Below, in pieces: positions 38,142-47,339 of a stretch of DNA of 64,000 nt. Source of the stretch: Candidatus Eiseniibacteriota bacterium (GTDB taxonomy: Bacteria > Eisenbacteria > RBG-16-71-46); assembly GCA_044222065.1 (NCBI GenBank), contig JBGAOA010000004.1, positions 18,448 to 82,447 of the forward strand. The letters run 5' to 3'. Each line of letters starts with the position of its first letter. The stretch's first letter is position 1. Position numbers and translations under genes: made by a program. The notes under the pieces are model-generated. The model made no database searches. It saw nothing but the letters and a program-made list of their open reading frames with translations, and was not told the origin of the DNA.

Positions 38142-41100
38142 CGGCGGCCTCGCGCGGGGCGCAGCAGTTCGTCGTCGAAGCGCGCGCGGATGCGCAGGAA
38201 GCCGCCCTCGCGCGTCCAGTCGGTCCCTGCGAGTTCGTCGTCCTCGTAGCCGAAGCGGTTCCAGCCCGCGCTCAGCCACACGCCCGCGCCGAGCTGGCGT
38301 CCGATCTCGGCGCCGAGCGCGTCGCGGCGCTGGCGGAGCGTGCGGCCTACGACGGCGCTCGCGGCGACGCTCGCGTCCCAGTCGCGTCCGAACGCGATCG
38401 AGGCGCGCGCCGATCCGCGCTGCGCGCCCGTCACGCCGCGGAAGCCGTCGGCGCGTTCGCTCGCGACCTTGCCGGCCCAGCCGAGCGTGGCCTCGAGCGC
38501 GCCGCCGACCGGGCCCGTGCTCTGGAGCGCGAGCACGTGCGCGAGCCGGCGGTGCGGGAACGGCGAGCCGCCCGTGTCGCGGTCGTAGCGGAACTCGTAG
38601 CGCGTGAGCGCGTCCCACGCCTCGTGGGTCGCGTCGCGATACGCCGCGCCGAGCTGGAAGCGCAGCCGCGCGTGCGTGCCGCTCGCTCGCGCGTCCTCGA
38701 ACGACAGCTGGTGGCGGCCGAGCATCGTCCACGACGAGTCCACGCGGCACGCCGCGGCCATCGTCGCGAGGAAGCCGTCCGAGGCGCGGCTCGTGCGCAC
38801 TTCGACGCGCGTCGAGCCCTTCCAGCGTTCGCCCTCGGCGTACTCGATCGAGCCCGTCACGGCGGTCGCGGGCCCGGTCGTCGCGCCGGCGAGCGGGCTC
38901 ACGCGCTCGAACGACGTGCCGATGCGCATCACGCCGTCCACCGTCCACAGGTTCCGCAGGCCGAGCGCCGCCTCGCCCTCGCGGCCCGAGAGCCCGTCGC
39001 CGAGCCGGTACTCGCTGAAGACGCGCGTGTCGGGCCGCACGTCGGTGTCCACGCCGAGCACGGTCGAGAGCCGGCGCTGCGATTCGCGCAGCGCCCACTC
39101 GCCCGCGAGGCTCGACACGAGTTCGTGACGCGCGTACACGCGGCCGCGCCCCGCGAGCCGGTACTCGCCGCCGACGGCGACGAGCCGGCGCGCGTCCATC
39201 ACGCTCTGCTCGTACTCGGCGAAGCCCGTGACGTCGGGCCGCCCGGGCGCCTGCGCCTGGAGCCGAGCGCGCAGCGCGTAGCTCGTCGGTTCCTCGAAGC
39301 CGGTGCGGCGGTCCTCGCCCGCGACGCGCACGCCGAGTTCGCCCTGCACGCCGCGCGCGAGCACGCGGTCCACGCCGACGAGCACGCCGCCGCGCTGGTC
39401 GCGCGCGAACGCGTCCGCGCTGTAGAGCGCCTCGAGCCGCAGGCTCGTGCGCGGGTCCACGCGCCCGGTGAGCCGCGCGCCCGCCTCGGTGCGGCCCGCG
39501 CCGAAGCCCGCGCCGGGATTGTCGAAGTCGGCGCCCGTGGCCGAGCCGAACGCGTAGCCCTGCACGGCGCCGCTCTCGTGATGCAGGTCGAAGCGCGCGC
39601 CGTCGCCGCGGCTGCCCCCGATGCGCTGCGTCACGGCCCACTCGGCCTCGAGCGTCGTCTTCGGCGAGAGCTTCGCCGCGATCGAGAGGCTGCGCAGCTC
39701 GGAGGGCTTCTCGGGATCGTGGTCGTCCACGTACGAGCCGCCGGCCTCGAGCCGCGGCGTGAGCTTCACGCGCGCCTCGGCGCCCGACACCCAGAACGGC
39801 TCGCCGTCCGACTCCACTTCATAGCCCACGCGGACGTAGACCGGGTTCAGGTCCGCGTCCACGCTCGGCACCGGCTGCTTGAAGACGATGCGGCCTTCGA
39901 ACGGATCGATCTCGTAGTCGGTGAAGCGCGAGCGCGCGTTCGCGCTCAGCACGACCGCCGGCTGGTTGCGATCGCGCACGATCACCTCGACGCGCTCCGA
40001 GTTCTCGACGATCGGCGCGCCCGGCAGCACGTAGGGGCCCGAGACGCCGAGGCCGGGCAGCTCGTCCACGCGGCGGCGCGTGCGTTCGCGGCTCGTGAAC
40101 GCGTCCACGCGCACGCGCTCGTCTTCATAGTGGTGCTGGACGCCCGTGAGGCTGCGCTGGTAGCCGGCGAGGCTGCGGACGCTGCCGCTGCCGCGCGTGA
40201 CGAAGTCGCCGTACAGCAGCGAGGCCGCGCCCCGGTCGGCGCGCGCGTACAGCCGGCCGGTGGACTGCGCCTCGTAGCCGCGCACCGACGCGTCGCCGTA
40301 GACGGGGTAGAACGCCTCGGGCTGGATGTCGCGGAAGCGGCGCAGGCCCTCGGGCTTGTCGGTCGCGTAGCCGAGCGTGAGCAGCACGTCCTCGAACACG
40401 CGGCCCTTCACGAACAGCGCGCCGCGCGCGACGGCGCTCGCGTCGCCGTCGCGGCGCTCGCTGCGGAACTGCGACGCCCACGACTCGAAGCCGGTCTCGG
40501 GGTGGAGCGGCGCGTTCGGCCCGCGGTGCAGCTTGCCGAACGACACCGTGCCTTCGAGCGAGCCGAGCGCGAGCAGCGGGCGGAGGTCGGGGCCGAAGTC
40601 CACGACGGATGCCGCGCGCAGCGCGCCTGCCGCGGCGCCGAGGCGCGCGCGCCCCGGCGTCGCCGGCGCGACGAGCGCGAGTTCGGCGAGTCCGCCCTCG
40701 ACCGCAACCTGCACGCCCGGCGCGGCGGGATCGAGGTCGGGAGCGGTGAACGCGCCGAGCGTGGTCTCGAGCGTGACGATCGTGCGCGCGCCGACCGGGA
40801 CGCCCTTCGCGTCGGTGAGGCGGATCGCGAGCGGCGCCGGCGTGCGGCCGTCGGCGATCGGGCGGCGCGGCGTCTCGAGCGCGACGTGCGCGAGCGGGCC
40901 GGGCGCCACGACGCGCAGCGCGACGCGGCCGACCGAACGCGGCGGCGCGACCTCGAGCACGTTCACGCCGGGCTCGAGTTCGACGCCGAGGTACTCCCAC
41001 GCTTCGACGTTCGCGGCGTGCGCGACGACGCGGCGGCCGACGCGCGTCTCGGGCAGCGGCCGGCCGTTCACGCGCAGGCGGAGCGTCGTGCCGGGGCGCC

Positions 41101-41287
41101 CCTTCACGCGCACCGCGAGCTGCGTCACGCCGACCGTGTCGTAGTCGGCGAGGCCGACGAAGCCGAGGTCGAGCGACGGCGCGAGCTGCTCGAGCGAGGC
41201 GACCGGCAGCGCGTGGTGCGCGGACGACGGCGCCGAGGCGAGCGCGGCGTCGGCGAACAGCGGCAGGCGCGACTCGCCGCTCGTCAC
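38138..41287 (-). CDS. 1049-aa protein: Big_1-like Ig domain followed by a ~750-aa predicted outer-membrane beta-barrel-like region; family not recognised
   Basis: High-GC3 ORF. Big_1-like sequence (IADGRTPAPLAIRLTDAKGVPVGARTIVTL). The C-terminal region is rich in G/Y/R/D with alternating strands and ends ...GGFLRIRARF. There is no signal peptide after the annotated GTG, so the N-terminus is uncertain (see findings). Confidence 0.75.
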   Translation of the reverse strand: MTSGESRLPLFADAALASAPSSAHHALPVASLEQLAPSLDLGFVGLADYDTVGVTQLAVRVKGRPGTTLRLRVNGRPLPETRVGRRVVAHAANVEAWEYLGVELEPGVNVLEVAPPRSVGRVALRVVAPGPLAHVALETPRRPIADGRTPAPLAIRLTDAKGVPVGARTIVTLETTLGAFTAPDLDPAAPGVQVAVEGGLAELALVAPATPGRARLGAAAGALRAASVVDFGPDLRPLLALGSLEGTVSFGKLHRGPNAPLHPETGFESWASQFRSERRDGDASAVARGALFVKGRVFEDVLLTLGYATDKPEGLRRFRDIQPEAFYPVYGDASVRGYEAQSTGRLYARADRGAASLLYGDFVTRGSGSVRSLAGYQRSLTGVQHHYEDERVRVDAFTSRERTRRRVDELPGLGVSGPYVLPGAPIVENSERVEVIVRDRNQPAVVLSANARSRFTDYEIDPFEGRIVFKQPVPSVDADLNPVYVRVGYEVESDGEPFWVSGAEARVKLTPRLEAGGSYVDDHDPEKPSELRSLSIAAKLSPKTTLEAEWAVTQRIGGSRGDGARFDLHHESGAVQGYAFGSATGADFDNPGAGFGAGRTEAGARLTGRVDPRTSLRLEALYSADAFARDQRGGVLVGVDRVLARGVQGELGVRVAGEDRRTGFEEPTSYALRARLQAQAPGRPDVTGFAEYEQSVMDARRLVAVGGEYRLAGRGRVYARHELVSSLAGEWALRESQRRLSTVLGVDTDVRPDTRVFSEYRLGDGLSGREGEAALGLRNLWTVDGVMRIGTSFERVSPLAGATTGPATAVTGSIEYAEGERWKGSTRVEVRTSRASDGFLATMAAACRVDSSWTMLGRHQLSFEDARASGTHARLRFQLGAAYRDATHEAWDALTRYEFRYDRDTGGSPFPHRRLAHVLALQSTGPVGGALEATLGWAGKVASERADGFRGVTGAQRGSARASIAFGRDWDASVAASAVVGRTLRQRRDALGAEIGRQLGAGVWLSAGWNRFGYEDDELAGTDWTREGGFLRIRARFDDELLRPARGRR

Positions 41288-43565
41288 GGCCGACGTCGCC
41301 GCGCGCGCGCATCGCCCGGCAGGGTCGCGGGCTCGTCCATCGCGGACGGCCGCGCGAGGCCGCGCGCGAGTTCGCTGCCGAAGGCGCCCGGCGTCTCGCG
41401 GCGCGCGCGCCGCCGCGACGGCGGCGGTGTCGGCGCCGAAGTGCGTGCTGTCGGGCGCGAGCGGGAAGTCCGCGCGCGAGTTCTCCGCGGTGCAGGTCCA
41501 CGAGCCTCAGGCCCGGCGTGCCGAGGTCGCGGCGGTCGCGCGCGACCGGCTTCGTCACCGCGGGCACCGTCGTGCGGTCGAGCTTCACCGCGGTCGCGCG
41601 CGGATCGAGGCCGTACAGGCTGTACGCGCCGTCGCGGTCGGTGATCGCGAACGTGCCGTCCAGGTACAGCCGCACGCCCGGCACGCCGGGCTCGCCGGCC
41701 GAGCGGCGGCGGTCGCCGTCGAGGTCCACCCACACCGTGCCGACGAGCGTCGCTTCGTCGGCGAACGCGCCGCCCGTCACGACGACGCGCGCGGTCGCGA
41801 CGTTCGACAACACGCTGTCCGCGACGGCCCAGGCGCGGTTGATGCCGTCGCCGTCGGGCGCGCCGGGGCTCACGCGCACGCGGTAGCGCAGCGTCGCGCT
41901 CGCGTGGGCGGGAAGCGCGCCGAAGTCGAACGTCAGCGACGGGCCGCGGCCGCCGGCGGGGTCCGCGAGCCGCGAGGTGTCGCGGCGCGCGGTGCCGGCG
42001 ACGTACGCGAAGCCGAACGGCAGCCGGTCCTCGATTGCGACGCGGTCGAGCAGGCTGTCGGTGCGGCTCTCGATCCGGACCGCGAACTCGAGCTCGTCGC
42101 CGATCTCGACCGCGGCGCGCGAGGCGGACTTCTCGGCGAAGAGCCGCACCGCCGCGCGCGCGTCGAGCGGCACGTCCCAGCTCACGGGCGACAGCGCGGC
42201 GGTGGCGGCGAACGGCGCGCCGTAGGAGGCGACGGCGTCCACGCTGCGGAACGCCGGGAACGACGCGGCGGGAAGCCCCGAGGGGAAGCGGTGGGTCGCG
42301 GGCGGGAACACGTCGAGCCGGTACGTGCTCGGCGGCACGAGCGGGAACGCGTACGCGCCGCTCGCGTCGGTGACGAGTGCTGCCGGCGCGGGCGTCACGC
42401 CGTCCGCGGCGAACACGCGCGCGGGGCCGCCCGCGAGCCCGCCGTTGCCGGCGCCCGTGACGTCGGTGAGCTGCACGCGCACGTTCGCGACCGGCAGCCC
42501 GGTGCGCGCGTCGAACACGACGCCCGCCGGCGCGATCCACACCTCGGCCTCGGTGCGCGTCGCGCCGCAGCCGAGGAGCGTCGCGCGCACGGCGTCGTTG
42601 CGAGTGACCTCGACGACGCCGGTGCGCGTCGCGGCGAACGTGCCGGTCGCGTCGAACGTCGGCACGTTCGGCTCGATGCGGAACCGGCCGGTCGAAGGGC
42701 CGGTCTCGGCCGCGCGGTAGGACTCGGAGTCGCCCGCGCGCGTCGTCGCGATCGAGATCGTCACGGTGTCGGCGAGCGCCGGGTCGAGGTCGCACTGCGG
42801 GGCGACCGCCTCGAGCCAGAGCGGCGCGCTGACCGTGCTCACGCGCGTCGGCGTCGCGTACGACGGCCCGGCGTAGAACGCGAGCGTCGGCGGCACGAGC
42901 GGCGGCGTGGCGGTGACCGAGTCGCGGTTCGCGGCCGTGACCCCGGAGGCGAGCCCGGTCGCGCGCAGCTCGAGGCGCGCGAACGCGCCGTTCGGCGCGG
43001 TGAGCGGGCTCGTCGCCGAGACGATCAGCGCGACCGAGTCGCCGGGAGCGAGCGTGATCGTGCCGCCCGGCGCGAGCGCGACGTCGCCCGGGCCGACGAG
43101 GCCGTCGCGGTCGACGTCGCGGGCGAGCGCGAGGCTCGCGAAGTCCCAGCCGTCGCCCGCGAGGTTCGCGAGGTCGAGCCGGTAGGTCGCCGTCGCGTTC
43201 CCGAGGTGCCGCAGCTCGTGCACGAACGCCGTCGTCGCGCCGGCGGGCGCGATCGCGCCCTGGTCGCGCGTGAGCGACAGCGCCTCGATCGCCGAGACGA
43301 TCGTGCGCACGGGGTTCGAGTCCACGAGCAGCGCGCCCGAACCCGCGGTCGTGGCCGTCGCGCGGGCGACGTTGTCGATCGGCGTTCCCGGTGCCGGGCC
43401 CGCCTGCGCGCGCGCGTATACAAAAACCAGCGTCCCGATCGCGACGCCGAGGCGCACGGCGGCCGCGCGCGCGACGCTCGCGAGCGAGCGCGCGGCGAGA
43501 CCGGCCGCGTTCGCGAACGGCGAACGCGGGTGCGGAGACCCCGGATGGCGACGGGACGTGGGCAC
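41284..43565 (-). pseudogene. ~760-aa secreted DUF11/CnaB-like surface protein whose 3' end changes frame at (GC)n runs (frameshifted or mis-assembled)
   Basis: GTG at 43565 after GGGAG. Signal peptide ...AAVRLGVAIGTLVFVYARAQA. CnaB-like (GLPVANVRVQL...TDASGAYAF) and DUF11 (GDELEFAVRIESRTD). GC3 shows the frame switching at 41471-41478 and again at 41401-41410. Confidence 0.75.
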
Positions 43566-43602
43566 GGTGCGAACTCCCGGCGTCCCGCTCCGGCGCGCCA
43601 GC

Positions 43603-43719
43603 TTCTGTCTGAGACGTCCGATTGCTGCGTTACTCGCTCGCTTCTCGCTGCGGAGCATCTTGCAGATGCGCCTCGCTCGTCGCTTGCTCGTGCCTTGCAC
43701 TCGGACTTCTCAGACAGAA
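43603..43719 (-). other. structured intergenic element: a 19-nt inverted repeat (1 mismatch) enclosing 79 nt with an internal hairpin
   Basis: ttctgtctgagacgtccga (43603-43621) pairs with tcggacttctcagacagaa (43701-43719). A central palindrome gcatct-tgc-agatgc is present. The element lies in the 231-nt gap upstream of the gene starting at 43565. Confidence 0.6.
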
Positions 43720-43758
43720 CCCAGAGTCGCGCCGGATGCGGAACACCCAGAGGGGGAC

Positions 43759-43786
43759 GCGGCGGGCCCGAAGGGAGGCCCGCCGC
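43759..43786 (-). terminator. strong GC hairpin immediately after the 870-aa gene (partial terminator or attenuator candidate)
   Basis: On the minus strand: gcggcgggcc-tcccttcg-ggcccgccgc (10-bp perfect stem). It begins 11 nt past the stop and has no clear U-tract. Confidence 0.45.
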
Positions 43787-43796
43787 GCGGAGCCGG

Positions 43797-46409
43797 CTAG
43801 GGATCGATGCGGACGCCGAACTCGACCACGGTCGTGTTGCCCGGTCCCAGCGTCGGGATCGTGACCGTGATCGTTCCGGCAGCGCCCGCGGCCGGAGCGG
43901 CCGTGACGCTGCCGGCCCCGCTCACGACCGCGGCGGGGACCGTCGCCGAGTAGGTCGTGAAGGGCGGCGTCGCATCGCTCACCACCACGTTCGTGACACT
44001 CGACGTGCCGACGTTCGTGATCGTGAGCCGGTAGCGCAGGCAGTTGCCGGGCACCTGCGTCAGGTTGACCGTCGTGTACGCGCCGTCGGCCACGCCGTCG
44101 CAGGTGTTGTCGAGCACCTGCTCCTTGAGGACCGTGACCTGGCCGTTGATGACGGTGCTGTTGTCCGTCGCGGTCACGATCGGCGGCGCGATGCTCACGT
44201 AGCCGAGGTTCGACGTCGAGGCGTCGAACGTCGTGACGTTGACCTGGCCGAGCGGGGCGCCGGCCGGAGCGAACACCTGCACGAACAGGCGGATCGAGGT
44301 GAGCGGAGCGATGCCGCCGATCGTCGAGAGGTCGTTGATCGCGACGTCGCCGGCGTCGAACACGCCGCTGTTGTTCGTATCGTGGTAGATCACCGACGAC
44401 CATCCGGCCTGGTTGTCGGCGGTCGTGAGCGCCACGAGGCTGCCGGTGCCGTCGCCTTCGACGACGTTCCCGTTGTTGAACAGCAGGTGCGTGTACACGA
44501 CCGTGCCGCCCGGGACGATCTGCGCGTTGTTGTTGGGCACGAGCGTGAGCTGGCGCAGCGGGTTCACGGTCACGGCGTCGTGGATGCGGTCCGCGGCGCC
44601 CGTCGTCGGCGACAGCGAGCGGAAGTACACGTCCGTCGTGCCCGGCGTCGCGGCCGCGGGGACCGTGACGTCGGCGTACACGAGCACGCCGCTCCACGGA
44701 CCGACGGCGACCGTGCCCGCGATCGGGGTGAGCGTCGCGTCGAGGAACTGCACGCTCCAGCCCGCCGGCAGCGTGAGGGCGCCGAACGAGCCGTCCGTGC
44801 TGGCCGCGAGGTTGTAGGCGTCCGCGACGCCGGCGGTGTTGTTGACGTACAGCGTGAAGCGCGTCGTCGTGCCGGGGTTCGTCGCGTTCGTGACGACCGC
44901 GCCCGCTTCGGGGCCGGCGCCGACGCCGAGTCCGCCGGGGAACGCGGCGTTGTTCGTGAGGTCCACGCGGTTCGGACGGATGCCGTTCAGGATGTCGGTC
45001 GCAGTGGCGTTCGTACCGTTCGTGATCGAGGTCGCGGTCTTCTGGACCTGGAACCCGCCACCCGTGGCGTTCGGCGGCAACTGCACGCGCAGCACGACGG
45101 TGGTCGTGGCGCCTGCGGCGACCGGGCCCGTGTCGGGCGTGCCGTTGAAGTTCGTGTCCGTGAGCGGCGTCACGCCGTCCGCCTGGTAGAGCGCGTACGT
45201 CGTGCCCGGCGGGAACGTGGACACGCCGATCGTCACGTCGAAGCGGTCGGTGCCGTTGCCGTTGTTGACGAGCGTGTTCGCGTACGACAGCGCCGCGCCC
45301 TGGTTCACCGAGTCGATCGTCGTGCCGGTGAACGTGAAGGCCACCGACTGGAGCACCGTGAACGGCGCCTGGTTCGTGAAGAACGGACCGGCGTTCGCCG
45401 CGCCGTCGAAGTAGGCGTAGCGCGACGAGTTGTTGAGGACCTGCGGCGCGAGGCCCGGATCCACGTTCACACCGAACGTGATCGTTCCGGACGAGCCCGC
45501 CGGCACCTGGTTCAGGATCGCGGTGACGGTGCGGCTCGGCCCGTCGTAGATCCACTGCACCGTGTTCGGCGACACGCCCTGCGCGTCGGTCGAATCGGCG
45601 TCGGTGAGCACGACGGCGCCCGTCGCGCTCCAGCGGCCGCTGCCCGGCACGTACGTCATGCCGACCGGGACGACGTCGGTGAAGCGCACGCCGGTCGCCG
45701 TCGCGTTTCCGCTGTTCGTGTACGTCATCGTGTACGTGTACGGGCCGCTCGGCGAGTTGCCCGACGGCACGTTGATGCCCTTCGTCACGGCCACGACGGC
45801 GTTGCCCGTGACGTTCACGCGGTCGGTGTTGAACGCGGTCTGGGCGTTGTCGAACACGCTCGTCGCGGTGATACGCAGCTGCGCGAAGTCGCCGCCCACC
45901 TGCGTGCCGGGCACGGCGGCCACGACCACGAAGTGGAACACGGCGCCCGCCGCGATCGGACCGGTGCTCGCGATCGGCGTGAAGTTGTCGGGCACGCCGT
46001 TGCCGTCCGCGTCGGGGAGGATCTGGATGCTGGCGAAGTCGAAGTTGTCGCCTCCGAGATCCGCGGCGGTGAGGTTGAAGTCGTCCGTGCCGTTGCCCGT
46101 GTTGGTCAGCACGTGCGGGAACACGGCCGAGCCGCCCGGGGCGGACGGCAGGGTTCCGTCGGCGGTCAGCGTGAAGCTCGCCACCTGGAGCACGATCGTG
46201 GTGACGAGGTTCGAGGGCACGCTGCGGCTCGTGCCCGAGGCGTCGAGGTACGTCGCGGACGCCTGATTACCGATCGAGGTGCCCGCGGGCGGCGCGGCGT
46301 GCGCGGCCGTGGCCGTCCACGCGAACGCCGCGGCCGTCACGAGCGCGAGGACGCCGTGACGCAACGTCGCGAGCCGGCGGAACGCGCCGGTCGTGTGCGA
46401 GGGAGACAT
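43797..46409 (-). CDS. 870-aa secreted Thr/Asn/Gly-rich beta-sandwich repeat protein with a terminal DUF11 domain
   Basis: ATG at 46409 after AAGGAG plus 7 nt. Signal peptide ...GVLALVTAAAFAWTATAAHA. Repeated H-x-L-x-N-x-G-N-x-x-D-x-F modules. Terminal CLRYRLTITNVGTSSVTNVVVSDATPPFTTY. Confidence 0.88.
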   Translation of the reverse strand: MSPSHTTGAFRRLATLRHGVLALVTAAAFAWTATAAHAAPPAGTSIGNQASATYLDASGTSRSVPSNLVTTIVLQVASFTLTADGTLPSAPGGSAVFPHVLTNTGNGTDDFNLTAADLGGDNFDFASIQILPDADGNGVPDNFTPIASTGPIAAGAVFHFVVVAAVPGTQVGGDFAQLRITATSVFDNAQTAFNTDRVNVTGNAVVAVTKGINVPSGNSPSGPYTYTMTYTNSGNATATGVRFTDVVPVGMTYVPGSGRWSATGAVVLTDADSTDAQGVSPNTVQWIYDGPSRTVTAILNQVPAGSSGTITFGVNVDPGLAPQVLNNSSRYAYFDGAANAGPFFTNQAPFTVLQSVAFTFTGTTIDSVNQGAALSYANTLVNNGNGTDRFDVTIGVSTFPPGTTYALYQADGVTPLTDTNFNGTPDTGPVAAGATTTVVLRVQLPPNATGGGFQVQKTATSITNGTNATATDILNGIRPNRVDLTNNAAFPGGLGVGAGPEAGAVVTNATNPGTTTRFTLYVNNTAGVADAYNLAASTDGSFGALTLPAGWSVQFLDATLTPIAGTVAVGPWSGVLVYADVTVPAAATPGTTDVYFRSLSPTTGAADRIHDAVTVNPLRQLTLVPNNNAQIVPGGTVVYTHLLFNNGNVVEGDGTGSLVALTTADNQAGWSSVIYHDTNNSGVFDAGDVAINDLSTIGGIAPLTSIRLFVQVFAPAGAPLGQVNVTTFDASTSNLGYVSIAPPIVTATDNSTVINGQVTVLKEQVLDNTCDGVADGAYTTVNLTQVPGNCLRYRLTITNVGTSSVTNVVVSDATPPFTTYSATVPAAVVSGAGSVTAAPAAGAAGTITVTIPTLGPGNTTVVEFGVRIDP

Positions 46410-46499
46410 GTCCACACTCCTTGTGCTTGCGAGGTGCGGACACGGAAAACGGCGAACGTGGGCGCCGGTTCCGTGCCGCGTCCGAGACGGGATCCGGAA

Positions 46500-47006
46500 C
46501 TAGCGCGTGAGCGCGGCGACGGCGATCGGCGCGACGCGGACGCGCGCCTTCACGACGCGGTCGCTCTTCGCTTCGAGCGCGGGGATGGACCAGCGCAGCC
46601 AGCGGTACTCGGAGGCAGGAACCTCTCGGACCGCGGTGCGCCCGTCGGCGAGCCGCACCTTGCGCTTGAGCGGCACGGCCTCGAACGTCTTGCCGTCGAG
46701 GCTCGCGAGCACCGGCGCGGGCGAAGCCGAGCCGGCGAGGTACTCCATGCCCTGCGGCACCGGAAGGGTGGCCGCGAGCTGGCGCACGCGCGCGCCGCTC
46801 GAGTTCGTGTACGTCGCGCGGTATTCGAGGACGTCGCCCGGATGGGCCTGGTCCCCGGGGACGAGCGTCTCCTTGCCGTTCGCGTTCGTCTGCACCCGGT
46901 GCGCCGTGAGCTGCACCGAGACGTCGCCCTCGGCCCACGCCGCCGAAGCGAACGTGACGAGCGCGAGCAGCGCGACCGCGAGGCAGCGCTTCATCGACTG
47001 ATGCAT
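46500..47006 (-). CDS. 168-aa secreted single-domain DUF11 protein
   Basis: ATG at 47006 after AAGGAGA plus 5 nt. Signal peptide MHQSMKRCLAVALLALVTFASAAWA. DUF11 core GDVLEYRATYTNSSGARVRQLAATLPVPQGMEYLAGS. Confidence 0.85.
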   Translation of the reverse strand: MHQSMKRCLAVALLALVTFASAAWAEGDVSVQLTAHRVQTNANGKETLVPGDQAHPGDVLEYRATYTNSSGARVRQLAATLPVPQGMEYLAGSASPAPVLASLDGKTFEAVPLKRKVRLADGRTAVREVPASEYRWLRWSIPALEAKSDRVVKARVRVAPIAVAALTR

Positions 47007-47108
47007 CGCCGTCTCCTTCCCTGGTTTCCTCACCACCGTGGAGCGCTGGAGCGGAGTGCTCCCACACGATCCACAAAGCACGCTCCCGCCCGGCAAAGCC
47101 GGAGCGGC

Positions 47109-47215
47109 CACCGCGGGTGCCTGCCAGCACCGCGAGGGAGTGCCTGCCGCGGGAAGAGATCGGACCCCGAACCGGAAGACTTGAGCGGGAAGTTGCAAGT
47201 TGCAGCGGCAAGTTC
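47109..47215. promoter_or_regulatory. direct-repeat motifs in the divergent intergenic region (candidate operator sites)
   Basis: CACCGCG-N-GTGCCTGCC appears twice (47109-47125 and 47128-47148). AAGTTGC-AAGTTGC is followed by CAAGTTC (47190-47215). The gap lies between divergent starts at 47006 and 47340. Confidence 0.35.
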
Positions 47216-47339
47216 TTCTTTCGCGCGGCACGTCCTGCCGCTGCGCCGAATGCCCCGCTGCGTTTCGAAGCGGCGCCGGAGGGCGCGCCGCGCGCGGCGG
47301 CTTCGCCGCGGCGGGACGCGCGGCTACGATGCCGGCCCC

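Noticed and set aside
43622-43864. 80-aa plus-strand ORF in the structured spacer
   Set aside because: It is Cys/Arg-rich, has no SD, and spans the inverted repeat and the hairpin. An RNA or DNA structure explains it better.
41427-47339. First ~1970 codons of the 2655-aa plus-strand ORF
   Set aside because: This part is antisense to three minus-strand DUF11 genes. Only the last 684 codons, from the ATG at 47340, look like a real (GT-C) protein.
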